NCBI GenBank assembly: GCA_041748975.1
Contig: JBGTCF010000146.1
Location: forward strand, 1-59,770
Reading direction: 5' to 3'
Length of the DNA stretch: 59,770 nt
Source: Pyrinomonadaceae bacterium
Lineage (GTDB): Bacteria; Acidobacteriota; Blastocatellia; Pyrinomonadales; Pyrinomonadaceae
The translations under genes were made by a program, and so were the position numbers. Below the pieces are notes generated by a model, which was given only the letters and a program-made list of their open reading frames with translations, was not told where the DNA came from and made no database searches. This document shows positions 8,865-19,522 of the stretch, in pieces (the stretch's first letter is position 1; each line of letters begins with the position of its first letter).

Positions 8865-10187
8865 ATGAATGCTAATTTCAAAGTCGAGAGGATTTTTATG
8901 CGATTTTGTTTGAACCAGACCTTTGCGATTTATTTGGTATTGATCATCGTAGTCTTTTCGTCAGCTTACTCCAGTTCAGTTTTAACTACTTCGATAGGAG
9001 TGGCGGCCCAAGCCGCTCCGGTCGTAAATTCGGATCCACCCGAATGCGGAGGCTGTTTGTTTTTGGAAGCACCCGCCAATCTGTCGAATAAGCTCGCGAT
9101 CTTTCCAAATAGAACGGCCGTCGAGCGAGTTCGTATTCGCGGCACGGTTTATGAGTCCGACGGAAAAACTCCGGCCAAAAACGTCGTGATGTATTTTTAT
9201 CAGACCGATGAGACAGGTGCTTACTCGAAACGGGGCGACGAGCCTCGTAACAGCTACGCATGGTGGCACGGCAAGCAGCGTGGTTTTCTCAAAACCAACG
9301 AACGAGGCGAATACCAGATCGACACAATCAAACCCGCTCCATATCCGAGCCAGGACGAGCCGGCGCACATTCACGCGGGCGTCCAATCTCCCTCGCAAAA
9401 ACGCGATTACAGCATCGCTGATTTCGTTTTCGCGGACGATAAACTTCTATCGCCTAAATTCTGGGAGAATACGGCCACCTGGTGGCGCAGCATGGGGGTC
9501 TATCAAAATCCGAACTACGGTGGCTTGAATCTTACAAAGAATAATGCCGGGATTTGGGAAGGCAGGCGCGACATAACTCTCTTTGCGGAATATGATCTGC
9601 CGAAGCCGAATTCAGGCCGCGACATTCTAACAGAAAGCCCCGCGTTCGAGCCGCAGCACGCTTGGGGCCCGGATAAAGGCTCGCACGCCTGTCCCATGTG
9701 CAAGTACGGTTATCAACCCGGCGTTTTGTATTGGGTCAATTCGGACGAGAATTGGAATGAAGTTGAGAATTGGGCGAAATGGCTCGAAGCTTTGAGCGTC
9801 GGGCTCGGCGACAAAAATTTCAAGGCCTATCTAATTTACACCAATCCGAAAAAACTAACCGCCGAACAGTTAGAGGCAAAACTGTCAAATTTTGGGCGAA
9901 GTCTGGACTTGAAAAAGATCGCCATCACCTACGTTCCGAGCGTGGATGATAAGCCGACCGAGACTTATCTGAACCAGATCAACCTGGCGACACGAAACAC
10001 ATTCATCGTTTATAACAACCGGAAGATAGCCGATAAGTTCACCAACTTCACACTCACTGAACAGAATGCGGCCTTGCTCGAGAAATCGGTAGAACGAGCC
10101 GACAGGGACAAGGAATTGTTCAAGTCAAGGACTATACGGACGTTTTCGAAGCCGAGGCCCTCAGGTGGGGGGGTAATTAACAACTGA
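8865..10187 (+). CDS. Secreted intradiol-dioxygenase-like domain fused to a Trx-like CPxC domain
   Basis: IRGTVYESDGKTPAKNVVMYFYQTDETGAY....GEYQIDTIKPAPY....AHIHAG resembles the Dioxygenase_C beta-sandwich. It is followed by ACPMCKYGYQPGVLYWVN. Paralog of 25688..27652. N-terminal hydrophobic signal. Confidence 0.6.
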   Translation: MNANFKVERIFMRFCLNQTFAIYLVLIIVVFSSAYSSSVLTTSIGVAAQAAPVVNSDPPECGGCLFLEAPANLSNKLAIFPNRTAVERVRIRGTVYESDGKTPAKNVVMYFYQTDETGAYSKRGDEPRNSYAWWHGKQRGFLKTNERGEYQIDTIKPAPYPSQDEPAHIHAGVQSPSQKRDYSIADFVFADDKLLSPKFWENTATWWRSMGVYQNPNYGGLNLTKNNAGIWEGRRDITLFAEYDLPKPNSGRDILTESPAFEPQHAWGPDKGSHACPMCKYGYQPGVLYWVNSDENWNEVENWAKWLEALSVGLGDKNFKAYLIYTNPKKLTAEQLEAKLSNFGRSLDLKKIAITYVPSVDDKPTETYLNQINLATRNTFIVYNNRKIADKFTNFTLTEQNAALLEKSVERADRDKELFKSRTIRTFSKPRPSGGGVINN

Positions 10188-10334
10188 GGGAGCACTGAAC
10201 AGAACATTGCAATGCTCACAAAATCGGCTTTAACAAATAGACACGGGATAAGGAACTCAATGAAGAAAGCCGACTGATATCTCTATTGAGTAGATTCCCC
10301 TACCTATTGACCGCAACGTTTTGAAGGAATCAAT

Positions 10335-10757
10335 ATGAAAGAAATGAGGTCCGGAAGAGAGCTGCACTTAAGGATTTACGCGGTCGCTGTCACGTTAATT
10401 TCCGGATTGTTGGTGTGGCAACACATCAACATTCCTGACGAACCCGCGCATTTCGAACTCTTGGAAGCTCGAAAAGAATCAGGCTTGCCGACCGAGCGTC
10501 CCCTTATAACGGAGAACGTGTTCGCTAAAAGTGAGTTCGCTGCCCGTGGACTTTTTTTCGGCAAACTCGGAGACGAGGCGAACGTCGTCAAGATATTCGA
10601 TGAAAATGGAAAGCAGCGCCTCACGCTGCAGTTCTCATCGGACGGGCCAGCCAAGCTTGATTTTATGAACGAATCGGGAGAAATCGTTTACAGCTTACCC
10701 GAAGACAAATCGCGAAAAACAGTTCTGCTTGGCGAGAAGGAAGCGATAAATCATTAG
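10335..10757 (+). CDS. Hypothetical membrane-anchored protein (paralog of 28769..29509)
   Basis: One N-terminal TM segment. C-terminal motif RLTLQFSSDGPAKLDFMNESGEIVYSLPED is shared with the 28769 ORF. Confidence 0.5.
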   Translation: MKEMRSGRELHLRIYAVAVTLISGLLVWQHINIPDEPAHFELLEARKESGLPTERPLITENVFAKSEFAARGLFFGKLGDEANVVKIFDENGKQRLTLQFSSDGPAKLDFMNESGEIVYSLPEDKSRKTVLLGEKEAINH

Positions 10758-10842
10758 CAACGCTAAACGCTCCATCGTCATGCAATAGATCCTTCAGCAA
10801 AGTACAAAGCATTTCCCGCCCAGAATTTCACACATACTAACC

Positions 10843-13149
10843 ATGAAGATATCCTCCACACTTGTCCTACTTCTCTTTTCTGTCGTGGGAGCGTTTCCCC
10901 AGGAAGCCCAAAACTTATTAAAAACGTTTCGTGAGCCTGTCACTATACCAAAGGTTACGCCAGCACCCGTAATTGATGGCAAACTCGATGACGAGACATG
11001 GAAACAGGCGGTCGTATTGAAAGATTTGATCCAGGTATCACCGGGCGACCACATACCGGCTTCCAAGCCAACGGAAATCTATATTGGTTACGATGAGAAC
11101 TATTTCTATATTGCTTTCAAGTGTTGGGACGAAACGGACAAGATCCGAGCATCTGTGGTTGAAAGAGATGGTGCCTTTGCTGAGGACAATGTTCGATTTT
11201 GGCTTGACACTTACGGCGACCGACGACGGGCATACGTTTTTGGATCTAATCCCCTCGGCATCCAGCAAGACGGAGTCGAGACGGAGGGGCGAGGTACAGA
11301 TTACAATGTTGACGTCGTATTCGAATCCAAGGGTGTAATTGAGGACTGGGGATGGTCTGTAGAGTTTCGGATCCCGTTCAAATCGATACGGTACGTTGCC
11401 GGTAAAGGCGAATTGTGGGGATTCAATGCCGCCCGTATTATCCATCGTCTGAATAATGAATTTAATTCCTGGGTGCCGCTGGAACGCGGCAACCCCAGTT
11501 TCTTGAGCCAGTTTGGAAAGATCACCGGGCTCGATGAAATCAAAAAAGACCGTACCTTGGAAGTGATACCAACGTTGACCCTTAAACAAACTGGTAAACG
11601 AACAGGCCTAACTCATTTCTCAAACCCGCCGATCGAGCCGGATTTTGGCTTTACGGCGAAGTACAGCATAACGCCGAACATAACACTGGATATGGCTTAC
11701 AACCCAGATTTTGCCGACACCGAAGCAGATGCCCCCGTTGTCGAGGCTAATCAAAGGTTCCCGATCTTTTTCTCGGAGAAGCGCCCCTTTTTTCTTGAAG
11801 GCGTCGATATTTTTCGGACGCCTATCCAAGCTGTATATACGCGGCGGGTCCAGAGTCCCGATATCGCGATAAAACTATCGGGCAAGGCCGGCAAAAACTC
11901 CTTCGGTATTTTCGGCGCTATCGATGATCCGCTTTTCAATCCTTTCGATAAGAAAGCATTTGCGGGAGTTGTTCGGGTAAAACGCGATGTAGGCGAAGAT
12001 TCGGAGATCGGATTTCTGGCTACGGCATATAGTTATCCTCAAAAGAAAAACTACGTCGCCGGTTTTGATGCACGTTGGAAGATCAATAGCAGGTCGACGT
12101 TTACAGGACAGATATTGGGTTCGACATCCCGAAAGCATTTTTATGACCCAAGTGCAGATCAAGCAGTCTACCAAACGGGCAACGGTGCCAGCTACAGCTA
12201 CCAATACTCATTCAGCGCGAAGAACCACAACTGGGGAATAAGTGGGAACAATACGACCGATAAATTTCGAGCGGACATGGGTTTCACAGATAGAACCAAC
12301 TCGATGAATAACTTTGTGTATGGCAGTCTAAGCTCTGAGCCGAAGCCCAGTGCATTCATCATCAGCAAGAACCTACGAACAAGTTTTGTATATCGCAACG
12401 ATTTTTCAGGCCGGTTTAAAAGTTGGGGGGAAAGCCTGAATGGGGGTCTGATCCTTAAGAAAAACTCAGGAATTGGTGGCGGAATCTCTATTGGTCGTGA
12501 AAAGATCTACGAAGATGAATTCGGACCGACGCGAAACGGAATTCGAAACGGGGCATTTTTCGGTGCCCCTGAGCGGGAGGCATTGCAGTTCGGCGCATCG
12601 ACTTATTTTTACAAAGAATTCAGTAAGAGACTTTCGCTCGATACAAACTTTCGTATTTCATTTAATGATTTTGATTTTGATTTTGGAGCGGGCCCAGATT
12701 TTCCGCGTGTCAGCCCGGCTGCACTTGCTTTTGGTCATGAAGCCCCCCGAGACCCGGGGGAGGCAAGAGGCATCTATTTTGGTTTGAAAACAAACTTCAA
12801 TCCGTCCGACAACCTTTCCTTTAAATTCGGATTCGACCGGTCCCAACTCGAGCGGAATGATACTAACCTGTTTGCGTTCAAGTCGAATAACTTTACGCTC
12901 AGGTCGACCTATCAGTTTTCGCAGTATGTAAACGTGAAGGCTCGGATCTATTACGATACGTTGAGTGATGAGATTTTTGGCCAGTATACATTTGCGTGGA
13001 CACCCAGCGTGGGAAAGGCACTGTATATCGGTTACAACGATAATTCGACGTATGGAGGTTACGCTTTCGGCGGGAGGCAACCAGGATACCTTCAAATGGA
13101 CCGAACCTTCTTTATCAAAATGTCATATTTGTTCAGGAAAAGCTTTTGA
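10843..13149 (+). CDS. DUF5916/CBM9-like outer-membrane-type protein
   Basis: 768 aa with a signal peptide, PVIDGKLDDETWKQA (CBM9-like), a long beta-rich region and a C-terminal aromatic residue (..RKSF). Confidence 0.6.
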   Translation: MKISSTLVLLLFSVVGAFPQEAQNLLKTFREPVTIPKVTPAPVIDGKLDDETWKQAVVLKDLIQVSPGDHIPASKPTEIYIGYDENYFYIAFKCWDETDKIRASVVERDGAFAEDNVRFWLDTYGDRRRAYVFGSNPLGIQQDGVETEGRGTDYNVDVVFESKGVIEDWGWSVEFRIPFKSIRYVAGKGELWGFNAARIIHRLNNEFNSWVPLERGNPSFLSQFGKITGLDEIKKDRTLEVIPTLTLKQTGKRTGLTHFSNPPIEPDFGFTAKYSITPNITLDMAYNPDFADTEADAPVVEANQRFPIFFSEKRPFFLEGVDIFRTPIQAVYTRRVQSPDIAIKLSGKAGKNSFGIFGAIDDPLFNPFDKKAFAGVVRVKRDVGEDSEIGFLATAYSYPQKKNYVAGFDARWKINSRSTFTGQILGSTSRKHFYDPSADQAVYQTGNGASYSYQYSFSAKNHNWGISGNNTTDKFRADMGFTDRTNSMNNFVYGSLSSEPKPSAFIISKNLRTSFVYRNDFSGRFKSWGESLNGGLILKKNSGIGGGISIGREKIYEDEFGPTRNGIRNGAFFGAPEREALQFGASTYFYKEFSKRLSLDTNFRISFNDFDFDFGAGPDFPRVSPAALAFGHEAPRDPGEARGIYFGLKTNFNPSDNLSFKFGFDRSQLERNDTNLFAFKSNNFTLRSTYQFSQYVNVKARIYYDTLSDEIFGQYTFAWTPSVGKALYIGYNDNSTYGGYAFGGRQPGYLQMDRTFFIKMSYLFRKSF

Positions 13150-13720
13150 TTAAAAATAGGATCCGAGCCTAAATTTACTATCAAGAATGGCAGCGCCCCT
13201 CATGATCGTTTTTTATGAACCAAGGATGCTTCAACAGATGGGCCATAATCGCATAGGGCAAGGCTAGTACCGTAGGTAAGTAGTTCACGCGTCTTAACAC
13301 GGAAAGAGCGAACTCGAGGTTTTAATAATGAAGGAAGTAATCGACGGGTTCCAGCGGACGGAGTTCAGAACGAAAGATCGATGCATGGCGGAGCAGACGA
13401 TCGAAAAGTACGAAAAACGCGGCGAGGTGGTGGACGTGGACTTTTCAGCCGGTATTACTATGTCGATCTCAAGATCAAGAAGCCGCTCGAGGATCACAGA
13501 TGAAATGGGGTGAAAAGTGCGGAGCCGAACCGGCAGGACGTGGGAAAGGCTCACTCCGCCGATCTTTCAACCGTTGGATCTGAACGCATGCGTGCGAAAA
13601 GCGATGGAAACTGGGTCCATTTACAGAAAAACCGCAACAAGATCACCCGTGATTCAGTTTCGGCTGATTATAGAACTGACCGACACTCAATAGCCTTTCC
13701 TTCCGACTCTTAAGAACGGA

Positions 13721-14563
13721 ATGTGTGAAATTTCAAATTTAAAAATAATGGTAGAAAAGAATATTCCTAGATTTTGGCTTTCATTTTGGTTGATGTGTTT
13801 GATTATTACTGTTTCCGTAGGCAATAGTTTTGGAGCTCCAAGTGCTGCCGACCTTCTCAAAAAGAAGGGCTTTGTATGGAAGACGGTTGTGACAGAACAC
13901 TTGCGCCTGCATTTCGAACCGGGTACTTTGGCAGAAACTCGAATCGAAGACCTAAAGCGTTTTCAGGAAAAAGCCTTTGCAAAGAATTTACAACTGTTGA
14001 AGGTTGACGGTTATTTTTTTCGAACCGATATATTCATTGTTGCTTCACACGAGAAAATGAAACGACTTATCGGAGATCAAACCAATGGGGTCGCCTTTCC
14101 CACCACAAAAGTTGCCTGTTTCATTTTCAGCGAGAAAATTGATGCCTCCGGAGCTCACGAGCTAATGCACGTTATGGCAGGAAATAGTTGGGGGTTAAAA
14201 TTTAAGTCGTGGATCAACGAGGGCTTTGCAACCTATGCCGACGACATTTGGCATGGCTACCAATTACACGATCTGAATAAATATTTACTGCAGGAGAAAA
14301 AGCTAATTCCGCTAGAGAAATTGTTAAATGATTTCTCCAGTCATCCAGATTTGATAAGTTATCCACAAACTGGAAGTTTCGTCAAATACATATATGAACA
14401 ATACGGTGTGGATAAAGTAAAGGAATTATGGAAGGGCGGGACCGTAAAAGGCTTAAATCGAGCGTTGGGAAAAGACATCGTCGTGCTTGAAACGGAATGG
14501 CACAGACGCTTAATGGAAGCCGACGCGACAAGTGTAAAGTACGATCTTTCATCAACGAAATGA
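13721..14563 (+). CDS. Secreted MA-clan zinc metallopeptidase-like protein
   Basis: Signal/TM segment, HExxH (AHELMHVMAG) and a downstream NEGFATYADD glutamate motif. Confidence 0.6.
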   Translation: MCEISNLKIMVEKNIPRFWLSFWLMCLIITVSVGNSFGAPSAADLLKKKGFVWKTVVTEHLRLHFEPGTLAETRIEDLKRFQEKAFAKNLQLLKVDGYFFRTDIFIVASHEKMKRLIGDQTNGVAFPTTKVACFIFSEKIDASGAHELMHVMAGNSWGLKFKSWINEGFATYADDIWHGYQLHDLNKYLLQEKKLIPLEKLLNDFSSHPDLISYPQTGSFVKYIYEQYGVDKVKELWKGGTVKGLNRALGKDIVVLETEWHRRLMEADATSVKYDLSSTK

Positions 14564-15421
14564 GAGGATCAGTATTTTCGGATCCGAGACTTGAGGTTAC
14601 AAGAGATCTTATAAAAACACCGGGTATCTCGACGTAGAAAAGGAGAAAGTCAGAACGTAATCGCGAGGAATTTGCGGCTTGGATTGCCTTCGATATTTAA
14701 ATAAATCATTTTCTCCTGCCTATTCCCATACGAATTATCTCGCGAGATATCGAGGACATTATCAAAATAACGCTCCCGATGAGATGCTGGCGGAGGGCAC
14801 GGGAACGCCCGTCGAGTGTCCTAAATTCCGAAATTTGCACCAGCTTTCCCGGTGCGGGTCGACTAGTTGGGAGGACGCGAGGATGAAGCCATCGGGGTCG
14901 TCGACCAAGCGAAGTGCCGTCTCATCCGATCGAATCTCGATCCTCGATCTGCCGCTACTGGGAAAAGATTTGTCTCAATGGGTTACCCTGTTGGGCCGGA
15001 ATGGGGCCGGCAGTCGCCGAGATAATGCAGGCAAGCCTATCGAGAATGCATGAGGCGTCTAGCACCGCAACGGCCTCAATCGAACCAGGCGAGCCCGAAG
15101 GTTACGAGTGGTTGCGGACATGGATGGATCTTTCGCGGCAGCGTTCCGCTTTGACCGCGGGGGCCCGGTTTTTAATCGGCGAATTACGGAACGCGACTTC
15201 GATGGCCAGTCGTTCGTCCTTTGCATTATCGGGCGGTCGATCCCAGATCAAGCGCAAGCACATCGGGATTTCAGTTCGCGGGGGGGTCTCGATTAGGCGG
15301 GTAACGGCTGAGATGACGTGGGGCGAACCAGCCACACGGATGTTTATATGAAAGAAAAAATGTCAAAAGAAAGCTCGTATTTCGCCCCACGTCCATTGAA
15401 TTGTTGGGTGTGTGTTTGTTT

Positions 15422-16144
15422 TCACGCGCCTTCCTGCCAATGTTCTTCGGTCCACGCATAATGTTCAGGCAAAAATAAACTTACTTCTGCGCTGCTTATG
15501 CCAACACCGCGAAAACCGCTTTCACCTTCTAACTGAATTTCATCTAAACCATCTTGCGGCAATGAAAAATTTAACAGTACTTCTGCAAACGCGACCAGTC
15601 CCGTATCGCTGCCGAAAATCTTTACCTTGTCGCGCTGCTTCCAAGCCTCGTCAGTAAAACTCAATCCCGCAGAGTTAGACACCTCGAAACAAGGTAAATC
15701 TTTCGGTAAAACGCACCTGTCAAAAGGATGTTTGGCTGTCAGTTGCGCGTAATATTTGAAAGCAAGCGGTTGAGTATGATAGCCGGACGGCAATTCATTT
15801 ATGTTCGGCGGAGCATACTCAACAATCAATCTTTTAATTTCGCTGTGCGGATGTGTTATTTCAACTTCTATTTCTGAAACTTGCCGGTGAAAAACAACCG
15901 ACAGAATTAGCAGTCCAAGATTGCGATATGTTTCTTTGCGAGCATAAAACCACAGCAAATCACTTTCAAACCAATTATTGTAATTGGTTTTCGTCTTCAC
16001 AATATACAAATTGCCGCTTGTCATTTCATCCGGCGGCAGTGGCAGATTTTCAGATGACAAAGTGATGCTCTCATATCCCCCGCTTTCGGTAGGAATCTGA
16101 AAAGCTAAGCCTGAATAAATTGTTTGTAAATCACACTCTTTCAT
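15422..16144 (-). CDS. Hypothetical cytoplasmic protein
   Basis: 240-aa ORF with no recognised motif. Confidence 0.4.
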   Translation of the reverse strand: MKECDLQTIYSGLAFQIPTESGGYESITLSSENLPLPPDEMTSGNLYIVKTKTNYNNWFESDLLWFYARKETYRNLGLLILSVVFHRQVSEIEVEITHPHSEIKRLIVEYAPPNINELPSGYHTQPLAFKYYAQLTAKHPFDRCVLPKDLPCFEVSNSAGLSFTDEAWKQRDKVKIFGSDTGLVAFAEVLLNFSLPQDGLDEIQLEGESGFRGVGISSAEVSLFLPEHYAWTEEHWQEGA

Positions 16145-16336
16145 TCAAACAAAAAAGCACCCAGCTACTTCGTAACGCCAACTCCCATGATAATTCTCAA
16201 GTTTCGCGTATTGTCACTGAAAATTCCCTTCAATATCCGGCACAACCAAACTTCCATCGGCGGTTGCTCAGTAATTGTATTTCTCACTCGAATTCTAAGG
16301 GGCGAAAAACGATGCCAAACGGCGCTTCCCCTGAAT

Positions 16337-19240
16337 CTAAAACTGGATCCCAACACTAAAACTCAAGCTTCGGCCAGCGAAGTTCTCTTGGCGGGCTCCG
16401 TTGATGAACGATACGCCGCCGTCGGAGTAGGAAGAGAGGGAGCGAAGGAAGTTCGGCGAAGCCATGTTGCCAATAGGGGTTCCTTTATTGATGATATTTA
16501 GCACATTATTAGCTCGTAGGCTGAGATGCAAGCTCTGTTTTGGAGGAGTTTTCTTTGCCTTATCCTCGTTAAAGCCGAAACTCTTCGATATCGATGCATT
16601 GAATAGGATGAATGAGTTGCCGCGACCTAAGTTACGAGGAATCAGCCGGTCGGATGGCCCAGGCGTTGGATCAAGATAGCCATAGGGCGTCGCGATAACG
16701 CCTGGTTTGGACAGTTCTGTTGCAAACGATGGGCGTTCGTTGTAAAACCCGTCGCCATTGGTGTCACGCCCGGTAGTGATGTTAAACCGCGAGCCGGAAT
16801 TTACGGTAAAATCGGTGCCGACCGAAATCTTTGCGGGAAGTGTCACGAAGAAATATCCGCCGACACTGTGAACTCCGTCAAAAGTGGTCGGGCCGTATTC
16901 CTGACTCAGATCATACGGATCGAAGGAGGAACCGCTGCCACTTGTAATATCGTTTCTGCTGCGTCCGTAGTTGTAACGCACGCTGCCGAAAACCGTTTGC
17001 GACTGAGGAAGATTGAGATTAAGTGAAAATCTGTGGCTCGCGATGCGTCCGGCGGACCGTGTAGCGTAAATGTTGCCGACGTTACCAAACGGACGCACCG
17101 CGGTTGATGGATCTTGCGGGTTAAACGTTCCCGCGAGCGGCGCATTTATATTTTGTGTTACCGATTGTCGGAAGAACTTGCTTCCTGCATAGGTGACGTT
17201 CAGAGAAAATCCTTTTGGCAGACGCTTGGTGACCGTTATGTTGAGCAGCGACTGATACGGCGTGTGAAAACTTTCCTCAACGAACCTCTGAGTACGCGGC
17301 AATGCGAACTGTTCGAGCTCGGCGACGGTCGGAACGTCCGGAAAGGTGTCCAACACATTCGTTTCCGTAATGAGATATTGCGACCGACCGGCGTCGCTCG
17401 CCTGACGGATGCCCAGCGTATTAAATAAGCCGAACCGTGTGTAAAAGATCCCGTATCCGACACTAACACGCGGCAATATCGTCAATGGATTTTGCTTCTC
17501 CTTTGACTTCGGCGTCCAGATCACGCCGATACGCGGAGCAAAGTTGATCGGACTGCTAATGTTCGTCTGGTTCTCGTACCTAACGCCAAAGCTTGCGGCC
17601 AGCGTGTCTGAGATCTTGTAGCTGTTTTGAAAGTAAAGCCCGACATCGTATTGTGAAACCTCGATCTGCGGATCGCCACCCGAGATGGTAAATTGATTCG
17701 CACCGCCGCCCAAGGCCCTGATCTGTTGGCTCGTGTGGCCCAATTGCCTGAATAGTAGCGTGCGCCGATAAGTTTCCAGGCTACTGATCTGTGTTGTGAC
17801 AACATTTCCGTCGCTGCCGACTACAGGCTGGTTATTCGCGTCCAAAACGGGAGCAACGCGTCCGCTGAATGTGTAAGTTCCGCCAAAATCGTTACTGGAA
17901 TTTTGCGAAATACGTTCACCGCGCACGCGAACGCCAAAGCCCATAGCGTAACGCCCCATTTGCCACGTCGTCTCATTGGCTATATCGAAACGAAAGTTAT
18001 CGACACCACTGTTTTGCTGAGAGCCTCCGCCATAGAACGCGTCGAGTACATTGATCGCGTAGTCATCACTGCCGCCGAAACTTTCATTCTTATTATAAGA
18101 TGCAAGGAAGCGAGACTGATTCACCAAATTCGGATTGATCAGATACGTATCCGAGAACTGAAGGTAGTGATTCTGCGACGTAGTATCGTTTGCACGGCTC
18201 GGCAGCGAAAAGCCGCCGGTGTTTTGATTAACAGCATTTCCGATGCCGAACGAGTAATTCAAATAAAGCTTGTGCTTGGGGTTGGGGTCCGCGTTGATGG
18301 TTAAGTTAATATTCTCAGACCGACTCGGCGTCGACAACGTTTGTTTGAATTCGACAGGCTGCAATCCAGCATCAAGTACGGTCGCGTTGATAACAGAGCT
18401 CGAGTCAGCGTTAGTATGGCTGGCATAAAAGCTGAAGTTCGCCTTCTTTCCAAAAAGCGGGCCCGACAAACTGAAGAAGTAGTTCTTCAGCTGATAGGGA
18501 ACCCGTCTGCCGACGAACGGATCCTGCGCGTTCAGACGCGAGTCGGCAAACGAATAGCCGACATAGCCTCGATATTTATTGACATTTGATCTCGTAAAGA
18601 TTTCGATGCCGCCGCCCCACGGCCCGTCATACTGCGCAGAGAAAACATTCTGGTTAACTCTGATTTGCTGGATCATATCCTTTGGCGGGATCTTAGCGCC
18701 CTGCACGCCGTTCACGCTGACAGGCAGATCTTCGCCTGTAACAGCCTGGCCGATCGCTTTGATCTTACGTTCTAGCTCTTCTTGATCATTGGGAAGTCGT
18801 GCGATCTGCTCCCCATTCATTACCGTTGTCGAACCGGATTTTTCGGCTTCGGCAGCATCATTATCTCCAATGTCCACAATCGATTCGATCGGAGCGACAT
18901 CCAACACAGCTTCGAGATCTTCGGTCTCGCCTACTCGAATTTTCACGTCCGCGACGGTGTAATCCTTAAAGCCTGCGGCGACGATCAGTACACGATATTC
19001 GCCTGCAGGTAGCTTGACGATACGCGCAGATCCACGCCGATCGGTTCTCGCCTTCCAGATCTTACTGTCGGGCCCCGAGGTAGTAAGCGCGACCTCCGCA
19101 TCCGCAACGGCCGCACCGAGTTGGTCTGTGATCGACAGCACTAATGTGCCATCATTTTTCTGGGCAAAGATTGAGAGAACAGAGACCAAGATTGAGAGGG
19201 TAATAGCAAGTGAAAATTTCCTGTTCAAATACATAACCAT
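16337..19240 (-). CDS. TonB-dependent receptor-like outer membrane protein with N-terminal CarboxypepD_reg domain
   Basis: 967 aa. Signal peptide, CarboxypepD_reg-like beta-sandwich (..LPAGEYRVLIVAAGFKDY..), plug-like segment, long beta-barrel region and a terminal ..SVGIQF. Confidence 0.8.
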   Translation of the reverse strand: MVMYLNRKFSLAITLSILVSVLSIFAQKNDGTLVLSITDQLGAAVADAEVALTTSGPDSKIWKARTDRRGSARIVKLPAGEYRVLIVAAGFKDYTVADVKIRVGETEDLEAVLDVAPIESIVDIGDNDAAEAEKSGSTTVMNGEQIARLPNDQEELERKIKAIGQAVTGEDLPVSVNGVQGAKIPPKDMIQQIRVNQNVFSAQYDGPWGGGIEIFTRSNVNKYRGYVGYSFADSRLNAQDPFVGRRVPYQLKNYFFSLSGPLFGKKANFSFYASHTNADSSSVINATVLDAGLQPVEFKQTLSTPSRSENINLTINADPNPKHKLYLNYSFGIGNAVNQNTGGFSLPSRANDTTSQNHYLQFSDTYLINPNLVNQSRFLASYNKNESFGGSDDYAINVLDAFYGGGSQQNSGVDNFRFDIANETTWQMGRYAMGFGVRVRGERISQNSSNDFGGTYTFSGRVAPVLDANNQPVVGSDGNVVTTQISSLETYRRTLLFRQLGHTSQQIRALGGGANQFTISGGDPQIEVSQYDVGLYFQNSYKISDTLAASFGVRYENQTNISSPINFAPRIGVIWTPKSKEKQNPLTILPRVSVGYGIFYTRFGLFNTLGIRQASDAGRSQYLITETNVLDTFPDVPTVAELEQFALPRTQRFVEESFHTPYQSLLNITVTKRLPKGFSLNVTYAGSKFFRQSVTQNINAPLAGTFNPQDPSTAVRPFGNVGNIYATRSAGRIASHRFSLNLNLPQSQTVFGSVRYNYGRSRNDITSGSGSSFDPYDLSQEYGPTTFDGVHSVGGYFFVTLPAKISVGTDFTVNSGSRFNITTGRDTNGDGFYNERPSFATELSKPGVIATPYGYLDPTPGPSDRLIPRNLGRGNSFILFNASISKSFGFNEDKAKKTPPKQSLHLSLRANNVLNIINKGTPIGNMASPNFLRSLSSYSDGGVSFINGARQENFAGRSLSFSVGIQF

Positions 19241-19522
19241 CGTGAAAAAACAACAATGTTAGGGCAATACGTTTTGCATCGGGGTTGAAACCTGAGAAAC
19301 TCAAGATGCCGAGTGGCTTTTCTGCAGTTTCGCTCGACTTTGAATCTCAATAGCTTCCCTATAAGAAAATATCGTAAACGTTGAATTTATCTGACTTTGA
19401 AATTAACGTCTTTACCTTGTCCAAAAAGCGAAATTACGTGAGCGGTGCGTTTTTCTTGACGACTCAATCGGTTTCCACGCCTTTAGGGCAACCGAGTTCC
19501 CGAAAATCGGGCAATAAAGTAG

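Noticed and set aside
11038-11589. 183-aa minus-strand ORF
   Set aside because: Antisense to the 768-aa DUF5916-like gene, which has a signal peptide and coherent beta-barrel-like sequence.
13328-13713. Two consecutive 61- and 67-aa ORFs that might be one frameshifted gene
   Set aside because: No recognisable motif in any joined frame, and the composition is low-complexity (SRSRSRSR).
14679-15351. Overlapping ORFs (124 and 145 aa plus strand; 77 aa minus strand) in a GC-richer stretch
   Set aside because: No start context or motif could be recognised in any frame. It may be a decayed gene, but I cannot support a call.
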